Shown here piece after piece: positions 54,861-62,669 of a DNA stretch of 64,000 nucleotides; the first letter of the stretch is position 1, and the number at the start of each line of letters is the position of its first letter. Under the pieces are notes generated by a model that ran no database searches, was not told the origin of the DNA, and saw nothing but the letters and a program-made list of their open reading frames with translations. Origin of the DNA: a virus (taxonomy: Duplodnaviria; Caudoviricetes); the IMG/VR virus record IMGVR_UViG_3300046779_001841, positions 32,001-96,000 of that record; one strand, 5' to 3'. The position numbers and the translations under genes were made by a program.

Positions 54861-55373
54861 TTATCTAAGTCTTAGTGTGTTTAAACGACTAGCTAATTTA
54901 CTAATATATTCTGGTGCTAGTGTTTCTATTGAATCTAAACCATAAGTAATACCTTTTGCAAAAACACTGGCTTTAGGTGTTGCTAACATTTCTACAAGAT
55001 CAGCACCTAAAACTGCTTGTGGAATTAATGGTATGCCTGATTCTTTTACTACAAATTTGGTATATGTATATGGATCATAGGTTATAGCTTGTGCTTCACT
55101 AAGACTTAGAGAAAAAGTTTCCTCTGAACCAACAGGTATATAATCAACAATAACACCTCTTACACCAGCATGGACATTCTTTTGCATTTCAAAATTTACT
55201 CTTTGTCTACCTTTCTCACCAACAGAAAAAGTAGCATTTTTTAATTTGATATATTTACAGTGCATTATAACAATCTGTGTTCTTGCAGATCTTACAGACC
55301 ATAATTTAGTGTGCAGATTGAAATATACAAACACTCTTTCACCAATAAGAGATTTTAAATCTAACACATCCAT
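54861..55373 (-). CDS. Conserved phage protein (VYFNLH...KNVHAG family) with a tag-like C-terminus
   Basis: VFVYFNLHTKLWSV...GRQRV...KNVHAGVRG. Ends SKLASRLNTLRLR. Confidence 0.7.
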   Translation of the reverse strand: MDVLDLKSLIGERVFVYFNLHTKLWSVRSARTQIVIMHCKYIKLKNATFSVGEKGRQRVNFEMQKNVHAGVRGVIVDYIPVGSEETFSLSLSEAQAITYDPYTYTKFVVKESGIPLIPQAVLGADLVEMLATPKASVFAKGITYGLDSIETLAPEYISKLASRLNTLRLR

Positions 55374-55427
55374 TTTTTACTCTCTTTTTTAAAGACATTT
55401 AATAAAAAAAGATTTATAAAGTATATA

Positions 55428-55670
55428 TCACAAGACACTAATCAGTAGTTTAAAATAGTTATTGTCTTTCTCATCTAAATTCTGGATCTTAGATTCGATA
55501 TAATCCAACCTGCGTTTTTCATCACTGCTATTTTCTTTACATAATGCAACATAGAACATTAAAAGACTTCGTGTAGATAACTCATCCAACTTTAAAAAAT
55601 GTTCTTCTTTCTTTCTTGCCATTCTTAAAATTTGTGCATGAAACTGAATTTGTCTTTCTCTTGTCAGCAT
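55428..55670 (-). CDS. Hypothetical protein
   Basis: AAGGA RBS. Confidence 0.6.
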   Translation of the reverse strand: MLTRERQIQFHAQILRMARKKEEHFLKLDELSTRSLLMFYVALCKENSSDEKRRLDYIESKIQNLDEKDNNYFKLLISVL

Positions 55671-55726
55671 TTTTTAATCCTTTATAAATTGGCAATATGT
55701 AGTAATCGTTATTGTGAGTATGCCAA

Positions 55727-57157
55727 ATGTATCGTTATCTTCTTATACAAATATTGCTTTTATTTTCAACATCTTATGCACAAGATGTTCAAAATTTTTC
55801 TCTAGCAAATGATAAGTTCAAATATTTTAGTGTAGACCATGCAGATGTTTTAGAAAAAGGTGAGTTCAATCTTAACAATTCTTTAAACTATGGCAAAAAT
55901 CCATTGATACTTACCAACCCAAAACAATATCTTGTAGATCAAATCACTACTTATCAAATCGCAGGTGCTTATGGTATCCTAGATAACAAATTCCAATTAA
56001 ACTTTGATTTTGGATATGGCTTTAGTACAGGTAAAAAACCAAATGCTTTGGATAGTGGTTCTGGATTTAATAATTTTAAAATAGCATCTAAAATTAAACT
56101 CTATGATCAGAACAAATTAAAAATATCTTTAATACTACCACTCGCTATACCTTTAAAAGATACCAAGACACTTGGTGCAAGTTCTTTTCTAGTATCTTTT
56201 AAAAGTATTGCCAGTTATCAAATTAAACCAACTTTTAATGTATCTATAAATCTTGGTTACAGATACAGATTAAATAAATCTAATGAATATTCTCTTGATG
56301 ATGCTATCTTATATGGTATTGGTTCGCAGTATAAACTTACTGATGATTTCATGTTAAAAGGTGAAGTGTTTGGTCGCTACTTTTTTATGGATAATATCAA
56401 TCCATTAGAATTTCTACTTGGTGCTAAAAGAAATGAAAAATCATGGTTTATAGAACTCGCATTAGGTCGTGGTATTACAAGTGACTACTCATCAGTAAAT
56501 TTTAGATTTCTTTTTAACTTTGGTCTTCTCTATGGTGTAGATACAGATAAAGATGGTTTATCAGATTCAGTAGATCAATGTCCAAATACTCCAGAAGATA
56601 AAGATGAACATTTAGATGAAGATGGTTGTCCTGATATGGATAATGACAAAGATGGTATTTTAGATGTTGTAGATAAATGTATAAATGAACCAGAAGATAA
56701 AGATAATTTTCAAGATGAAGATGGCTGTTCAGATTTAGATAATGATAATGACAATTTATCAGATGCACTAGATCAATGTCCATATTTTGCAGAAATCATA
56801 AATGGTATAGAAGATCATGATGGTTGTCCAGATGGTGTATCAAAGACAATAGATAGTTTGGATGCAAAGAATGAAATCTATTTTGAAAAAGATAAATCTA
56901 CGATCATGCCAATGAGTTATCCTTTTATATATGAACTAGCACAAATCATAAACAAGAATGATGCGATTACAGAAATAGTAATTGAAGCAACAAGTCAAAA
57001 TTTACAGATCGCATTTGATCGTGGTGATGCAGTAAAGAAATCATTAAAGAGTTTAAATGTAAAAGCAAATTTAGTGATCAAAGGAATTGAAGGTGCAGAA
57101 GAAAAGATTGAATTTAAAGTAATGATGAAAACTAAAGTTTTACTTCTTAGTCCCTAA
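55727..57157 (+). CDS. OmpA-family outer-membrane protein: signal peptide, beta-barrel, TSP type-3 repeats, degenerate OmpA-C domain
   Basis: Signal peptide, alternating aromatic strands, DTDKDG..D..DQCP repeats and IYFEKDKSTI. Confidence 0.8.
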   Translation: MYRYLLIQILLLFSTSYAQDVQNFSLANDKFKYFSVDHADVLEKGEFNLNNSLNYGKNPLILTNPKQYLVDQITTYQIAGAYGILDNKFQLNFDFGYGFSTGKKPNALDSGSGFNNFKIASKIKLYDQNKLKISLILPLAIPLKDTKTLGASSFLVSFKSIASYQIKPTFNVSINLGYRYRLNKSNEYSLDDAILYGIGSQYKLTDDFMLKGEVFGRYFFMDNINPLEFLLGAKRNEKSWFIELALGRGITSDYSSVNFRFLFNFGLLYGVDTDKDGLSDSVDQCPNTPEDKDEHLDEDGCPDMDNDKDGILDVVDKCINEPEDKDNFQDEDGCSDLDNDNDNLSDALDQCPYFAEIINGIEDHDGCPDGVSKTIDSLDAKNEIYFEKDKSTIMPMSYPFIYELAQIINKNDAITEIVIEATSQNLQIAFDRGDAVKKSLKSLNVKANLVIKGIEGAEEKIEFKVMMKTKVLLLSP

Positions 57158-58432
57158 TGCTTTTTCAATAAATACCATAGGATCAAATTTTAAAGTTTGT
57201 TGTTTGTTTAAAACAATATCTTCAAGTTTATCTGCGACTTCACCATTCGCAAGAAATGATAATAAGATTTGTGGATTGATATAAGAATTGATAGTGGTGT
57301 TCTTACTCTCATGGTTTAATGCTTTTTCGGATTCTTCAAAAGCATCTTTGACCATATCTAAAACTTTATCTACAATTTTATCTTTGGCAGTATCAACTTC
57401 AAGGTCTTTAATTTTTTCCAGATCTTTATGTAGTTTGCTTTCTCTTCTTTTTAAACTCTCTAGCAAGACTTGACTGGCTTTTAATTTTCTAAAATCTGTT
57501 AAGTTCAAAATCTCACCAGATGCTTCTCTTAGATATTTAGATAACACATCATTTGGAATAACACTATCATCAGATCGTAAAGTAGTACCACCAAGAGATT
57601 TTAAAACTTTGATAAGTTCACGATCTTGAACCACTGCTTTATTTAAAGTACCTTTTTTACCTCTAAATTTTAGAATTGCTTTGTTATAGCTGATGAATTT
57701 GATATGACCTGCTTCTAAAGTAGAAGCACCATAAGTTTCTTCTATATCTTTACTTTCAAGATTACCAGGTCGGATACCTGTTTCAAGCATCAATCCAATA
57801 ATGACTGCACAAAGTTTCTTTTCTTCATCTTTGGATTTCATATCTTTGGATAATTGTTTTTTCAAATCGTCTATGCAGTTTAATAATTTCTTTTGTCTAT
57901 CCATCTTTGCTTTCATGTCATTTATTTGTTCTGCATAGATGGTTTTCATTTCTTTAATTTTTCCATTTTCACCAACATTCACAACAAGACTTTTTGGCAA
58001 GTATGTTAAGAATGATTTTGGTATGATTTCTGTAAGTTCTTTTCTTTCTCTTTCTAAAACTTTTCTTTTCATTCCATTGATAACTTTATTTTTAATATTA
58101 TCTTCCCAAACATCTTCTACATCAGTTCCTTTAAATACTTCTACAATACCATTTACTAAACTCTTAGGTGTTAAGTTATGACTATCTAAAAATAATTGAA
58201 TAGCATCAGCTTTATCATCTTTCAATGCTTGTTTGATTTCCAGATAAAACATTTCATCATCTTGTTTGACTGCATTCCATAAACCTTTTAAAGAACCTTT
58301 ACCTTTAGAAAGACCTGTAGCGGATGAAAAGATATTTTTAAAGTCTTTTTTACCTTGTGTGCATTTTCTACTTTGTCTTCGTTTTTGTTTAAGTAGTTCT
58401 TTTTCTTTTTCATCTGCAATTCGAGTAAACAT
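57140..58432 (-). CDS. DNA topoisomerase IB, second paralog
   Basis: TGIRPG, FRGKKG, DFRK, LNH, NSYINP. Collinear with 15065..16852. Confidence 0.8.
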   Translation of the reverse strand: MFTRIADEKEKELLKQKRRQSRKCTQGKKDFKNIFSSATGLSKGKGSLKGLWNAVKQDDEMFYLEIKQALKDDKADAIQLFLDSHNLTPKSLVNGIVEVFKGTDVEDVWEDNIKNKVINGMKRKVLERERKELTEIIPKSFLTYLPKSLVVNVGENGKIKEMKTIYAEQINDMKAKMDRQKKLLNCIDDLKKQLSKDMKSKDEEKKLCAVIIGLMLETGIRPGNLESKDIEETYGASTLEAGHIKFISYNKAILKFRGKKGTLNKAVVQDRELIKVLKSLGGTTLRSDDSVIPNDVLSKYLREASGEILNLTDFRKLKASQVLLESLKRRESKLHKDLEKIKDLEVDTAKDKIVDKVLDMVKDAFEESEKALNHESKNTTINSYINPQILLSFLANGEVADKLEDIVLNKQQTLKFDPMVFIEKALGTKK

Positions 58433-58446
58433 CTTTATCCTACCTT

Positions 58447-59016
58447 TTACATATCATATTTAATGAGAGCGATTTTAAGAAAACTAATAAAACTTGTGAA
58501 GAGAATAAAAACATTTGGAATATTAAATGTCTGGAGTATCTTTTTCTCACCAACTAATTTCTTATCAAAGATAAATTCAAATGTTATATCATCTTCAGTT
58601 TTATCTTTGATAAGAACTTTAATGATACCATTATTAGTATAGCAATATAAAAACGATTGCCCTGCGACTACTCTTTTGACTATATTTTGATTTTTGATTT
58701 CTTTTCCAAGAAAACTTAATATCGATTCTTGGTCACCTATGGTTTTTAATTTCTTATTTATTTCTAACCATAATTCTAAAGATAGTTCCTTTTTATTTTT
58801 GTGTGTAATATCTAATTCTATCTTCCATTCTGGATTACTAGCACCATCTGTTTTTTCTACACTAAGAAACGGATCTGTCATCCAAGAGTATTGTATCAAG
58901 AGTGTTCCTAAATTATAAGCTAATTCTATCTGTTTTTCATAAGTATTATTTCTCAAATAAGCATCTAGCAAGTCATCCATATATGGTTCAAGATCTTTCA
59001 TTTTGCGAATAATCAT
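58447..59016 (-). CDS. Hypothetical protein, tandem paralog A
   Basis: Shares its N-terminus and FTSF.SFLKIA.IKYD C-terminus with 59032..59604. Confidence 0.7.
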   Translation of the reverse strand: MIIRKMKDLEPYMDDLLDAYLRNNTYEKQIELAYNLGTLLIQYSWMTDPFLSVEKTDGASNPEWKIELDITHKNKKELSLELWLEINKKLKTIGDQESILSFLGKEIKNQNIVKRVVAGQSFLYCYTNNGIIKVLIKDKTEDDITFEFIFDKKLVGEKKILQTFNIPNVFILFTSFISFLKIALIKYDM

Positions 59017-59031
59017 TTTCTTTAACCTATC

Positions 59032-59604
59032 TTACAGATCATACTTAATGATTGCGATTTTAAGAAAACTTAGAAAACTTGTGAAGAAAGAGAAGATATT
59101 TGTCAGATTAAAATTCTTGTCCATTGTGGGTCCTTCTTCTCCAATACCTTTCATAAATTCAAATTGAAATTCTAAATGATCTTTACCAGTATCTTGAACA
59201 TTTATAACTATAAAACTATTTCTTATTGCTACTGTTATTTCTTTATCCTCACCATAAAAATCTAGTTTAACTCGTTTAGGTTGAAGATGTCTATCAATTT
59301 GATCTGCTAAAGTACTATAGAATAGATCATTCTGATATAAGTAATACAAAACAGTCTGATTAAGTTTTAACCAAAATTCCATAAGAAGTTCGGATTTAGA
59401 AAGAGAACTAATATTTTTTATATTGAATTGAAAAGCATTTGGAATCCGAATAAATAAGTTATCGGATGTTGCATCTTTGATAATTGTAATTGTACCTAAA
59501 CCATAATCCAAGATTGCTCGTTCTTCATAAGAAGAACGATCTTCATAGTGTTGTTTGACTGAATCTACAATTTGTTCTAAATCACTCATTCTTTTAATTA
59601 GCAT
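59032..59604 (-). CDS. Hypothetical protein, tandem paralog B
   Basis: Paralog of 58447..59016. Confidence 0.7.
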   Translation of the reverse strand: MLIKRMSDLEQIVDSVKQHYEDRSSYEERAILDYGLGTITIIKDATSDNLFIRIPNAFQFNIKNISSLSKSELLMEFWLKLNQTVLYYLYQNDLFYSTLADQIDRHLQPKRVKLDFYGEDKEITVAIRNSFIVINVQDTGKDHLEFQFEFMKGIGEEGPTMDKNFNLTNIFSFFTSFLSFLKIAIIKYDL

Positions 59605-59653
59605 TTTTTACACCTTGTCTTTTTTTATAAAAGACAAGATTATAAATGATTTA

Positions 59654-59941
59654 TTAAGGCAATCTACCTGCACTGATATATCTAAGCACTCCTTTACACT
59701 CACTATACTTGGTTGCTTCTTCTATCGCTTGTTCTATCATCCATTGATGGTAATCACGATCATTTTCTTTTTTGGCTTGTGCAATCCATTCTGCCATTTT
59801 ATTATTATGCAACTCCATCTCCTTTCTTAGAAGAAGAAGTTTTTCATCTTTTTCTTTTTCTCTTTCTTGGTCTACTATTCGTATGTAAAACAAGAAACAG
59901 AGATTTGACATCATTAAAAATGACAAGAGATAATACTTCAT
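59654..59941 (-). CDS. N-terminally anchored coiled-coil protein
   Basis: Hydrophobic N-terminus followed by charged helices; AAGGA RBS. Confidence 0.6.
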   Translation of the reverse strand: MKYYLLSFLMMSNLCFLFYIRIVDQEREKEKDEKLLLLRKEMELHNNKMAEWIAQAKKENDRDYHQWMIEQAIEEATKYSECKGVLRYISAGRLP

Positions 59942-60093
59942 TTAAAATCCTTTCTTTTGTATGTTATACTTATAACATTAGAAACCATAGTTTCATTTTC
60001 AATGTTAAATTTTCAATACACTTTCAATATGGCTTTTTTGCCATTGCAGAAACCTTTTGAAAATTTAATCCAGCATTTCTACAGGAATGACTT

Positions 60094-60645
60094 ATGACTA
60101 GAGAACAATTATTACAATTATTAAAAGACCATCGATCTGTAAAAGGTATTTGTTTGGCAACAGGTCGTTCTTCTACACTCATTTACAAGTATCTTAAACA
60201 ATATCAAATCACTGTATTTAGTAAAAAGATTAACAAAGAAAAACTTAGCGAGTTATATCAAAACCTAAGCACTAGACAAATCGCAAGACAATTAGGTTGC
60301 ACACACCAATCTGTTGTGAATTGGATAAACGAATATCAAATAGAGAAAAAACAACAAGGTAGACCAGATCACCTGCTCAAATATGATATGGATAAAGAAA
60401 CATTAAGCAAGTATATGAAAGAATTTAGATCAATAAGACAAATAAGCATTCATACAAACATACCAGTGCGAGTGGTTAAGAAATTAATGGATAAATACGA
60501 TATTCAAAAGATGAAAATAGATAAAGACTATTTAGAGAATGAGTATATCAACAATAAGAAATCAATCAATCAAATTGCAACGGAATGTAAAGTTCTCAAT
60601 AAAACAATTTACTTTTACATGAAAAAATTCAAGATCAACCTTTAA
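60094..60645 (+). CDS. Multi-HTH DNA-binding protein (about 4 repeats)
   Basis: Repeats of KE.L..LY...S..QIA..LG.....V...(I/L)..Y.I. Confidence 0.7.
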   Translation: MTREQLLQLLKDHRSVKGICLATGRSSTLIYKYLKQYQITVFSKKINKEKLSELYQNLSTRQIARQLGCTHQSVVNWINEYQIEKKQQGRPDHLLKYDMDKETLSKYMKEFRSIRQISIHTNIPVRVVKKLMDKYDIQKMKIDKDYLENEYINNKKSINQIATECKVLNKTIYFYMKKFKINL

Positions 60646-61232
60646 GACCAAGCAAAAGGAACATATATATCTTTTAAGGTTAAATGACCTTTTTGGTTTA
60701 AGATATAGTTTTCAAGTAAGAGAAAATAATCACTATCTTCTTCTGTATCACATTCAAAGATTTCATCTTCATTAGCTGGATCAATTAGCATTTCTGCAAG
60801 TTGGACTAAATCATCAACTTTGTTTGGTGGTATAAGATTTTGCAATTCACTAAAGACTAAGACTTTATTCTCAATCAAATTTCTGAATGACTTGCTTTCA
60901 CTTTTGAGTAAATCTTTGTGTGGATATTTATCCATCCAAAAAGTTGTTTCTTTGGAATCATGCAAATCATCATCAAAAGTTTTCATGAGATAAATATCAT
61001 CTGTATTGAAAGTCCAAGCAATCTCTTGATCACTGGTAAACTCTTCACCATTTTCATCAATTTTGACACTTGACATAAGAATAGTGATGTTATTATCTTC
61101 AATAGATACAAGACCAAAGAGATTATGAATAGTCAATGCAGTAAGCATATCATCTTGATTAACAAGTACAAGTGCAGAACCTTCTAATAAGGCTTCTAGT
61201 AACATTTCTTTTTTGGATTGCATTTTAGACAT
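60642..61232 (-). CDS. Hypothetical acidic protein
   Basis: AAAGGA RBS before MSKMQS. Confidence 0.65.
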   Translation of the reverse strand: MSKMQSKKEMLLEALLEGSALVLVNQDDMLTALTIHNLFGLVSIEDNNITILMSSVKIDENGEEFTSDQEIAWTFNTDDIYLMKTFDDDLHDSKETTFWMDKYPHKDLLKSESKSFRNLIENKVLVFSELQNLIPPNKVDDLVQLAEMLIDPANEDEIFECDTEEDSDYFLLLENYILNQKGHLTLKDIYVPFAWS

Positions 61233-61698
61233 TTCCTTTTCTAATTGCTTTGAAAAAAGTGACTGGGTTGAATTTCTCACCAATGAAATTTAAGTGGCTT
61301 TCATTTTCAAGATATAGAGCTAGAGCATGATGATAAGCAACATTCTCATTATATTCATTGTATGAATTTAAGGAATAAAGTGCATCTCTAAACATAGCTT
61401 TTTCACTACCTGTTAGAAACTTTAACACTGGTGCTACAAACTTTTGAAAACCACTGAAAAAGACAACAACACTATCTAAAGTGTCTGTTGCTTTATCCAT
61501 GAGTTCTACATATTCTTTTGGTGCAGTGTATAGACACATTGTACCATCATTGTAAAAACACCATGATGCTGGCATAAGTAGATTTTCACCTTGAATAGTT
61601 AGGTTCATGATGCCAAGATCATTTACTTCTATTGGTTCATCTGAAACAATTCTAATCAATGTTTCATTCATAGGTACTTTAAAATAATAAAGGTGCAT
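61225..61698 (-). CDS. Hypothetical early protein
   Basis: First gene after a class I promoter; RBS before MHLYYF. Confidence 0.65.
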   Translation of the reverse strand: MHLYYFKVPMNETLIRIVSDEPIEVNDLGIMNLTIQGENLLMPASWCFYNDGTMCLYTAPKEYVELMDKATDTLDSVVVFFSGFQKFVAPVLKFLTGSEKAMFRDALYSLNSYNEYNENVAYHHALALYLENESHLNFIGEKFNPVTFFKAIRKGNV

Positions 61699-61734
61699 AT
61701 CGTTCCTTTTTGAGTTTATCAATATTGACAATCA

Positions 61735-61766
61735 TATAACACTTGTCATCATGCTTTCTTTGCAAC
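61735..61766 (-). promoter_or_regulatory. Class I promoter motif followed by hairpin TTGTCA-ATAT-TGATAA (61716-61731)
   Basis: gttgcaaagaaagcatgatgacaagtgttata. Confidence 0.8.
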
Positions 61767-61782
61767 GAACATTAAATTTTTT

Positions 61783-62400
61783 TTATTTTTTTACTTGAAC
61801 TGTAAATGTATATCTATCACCAGATTGATTTAAAATGATTTCTTCCATTGGATTGTTCGCAATAATATCCAATAATTGTTGTGTGACAACATTGAAAGCC
61901 ACTGCAGTTTTTTCTTTTAAAGAAGCATTTTCTTCTTGGATTTTCTTAGACTTCTCAATATTGATTTGAGATAACTGCCTAAAAACTTCCATTTCCATGT
62001 CTTTTTCTTCTAGCTTCTTTTCAAGTTCTGCAATCTTATCATTTAAAGGTGCAGTGATTTGCTTATCATAATCTGAAAAATAACCAGATACTTGATTGTA
62101 TAACCATCCAAAGTCTTTTGGTGGTTCTTTCATTTGTACACCATTCATAGGTAAATCAAGCATTGGTTTTGCAGATCTTTCAAATGAGTAACCATCTTTT
62201 AAAGATGAGATTACTTTACTAAGACCTAAAGCATAGTTTTCAAGTTTGATTTCTCTTTTTTTACCATTCTTAAACAAGAGAGCAAGTTTGGTTGGAATTG
62301 TGTAACCTTGTTCTAAGAAGGCAAGAACATCTGAATGTTCTACTCTAACAAAGTCACCATTTGGTGCCACTAAAGTTTTTAGTGTTTTATTTTTTCTCAT
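61783..62400 (-). CDS. Hypothetical coiled-coil protein
   Basis: RBS before MRKNKT. Confidence 0.65.
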   Translation of the reverse strand: MRKNKTLKTLVAPNGDFVRVEHSDVLAFLEQGYTIPTKLALLFKNGKKREIKLENYALGLSKVISSLKDGYSFERSAKPMLDLPMNGVQMKEPPKDFGWLYNQVSGYFSDYDKQITAPLNDKIAELEKKLEEKDMEMEVFRQLSQINIEKSKKIQEENASLKEKTAVAFNVVTQQLLDIIANNPMEEIILNQSGDRYTFTVQVKK

Positions 62401-62494
62401 ATCACTTTTCCTTTTGATGATGTGATGCGGTTTCAAATACCTTATATGAAAGGTGTAATTTTTTTACATAAAAAATAAAAAATATTTTCATTTG

Positions 62495-62527
62495 GTTGCA
62501 AAGATTGCTCAACCATAAGTGTTTATA
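62495..62527 (+). promoter_or_regulatory. Class I promoter motif (1-nt variant)
   Basis: gttgcaaagattgctcaaccataagtgtttata. Confidence 0.7.
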
Positions 62528-62565
62528 GTTTGTAAATAACAACACCCCAAAAAAGGATTTCAACT

Positions 62566-62631
62566 ATGTTAGATCAAGTTATCATTCAACATCTCTTAAA
62601 CAAAAAACACCTAGCTAAAAAAGACAAATAA
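62566..62631 (+). CDS. 21-aa micro-peptide (not in the ORF track)
   Basis: MLDQVIIQHLLNKKHLAKKDK. AAGGA RBS directly after a class I promoter. Confidence 0.5.
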   Translation: MLDQVIIQHLLNKKHLAKKDK

Positions 62632-62669
62632 TATAAGTCATTTCACATCATCTACAAAGGATTTGTGAT

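Noticed and set aside
6743-61731. N4-type virion-RNAP hairpin promoters
   Set aside because: These hairpins have 4-nt loops and sit at or after the predicted +1, downstream of a -35/-10-like motif, unlike N4 template-strand hairpins upstream of the start.
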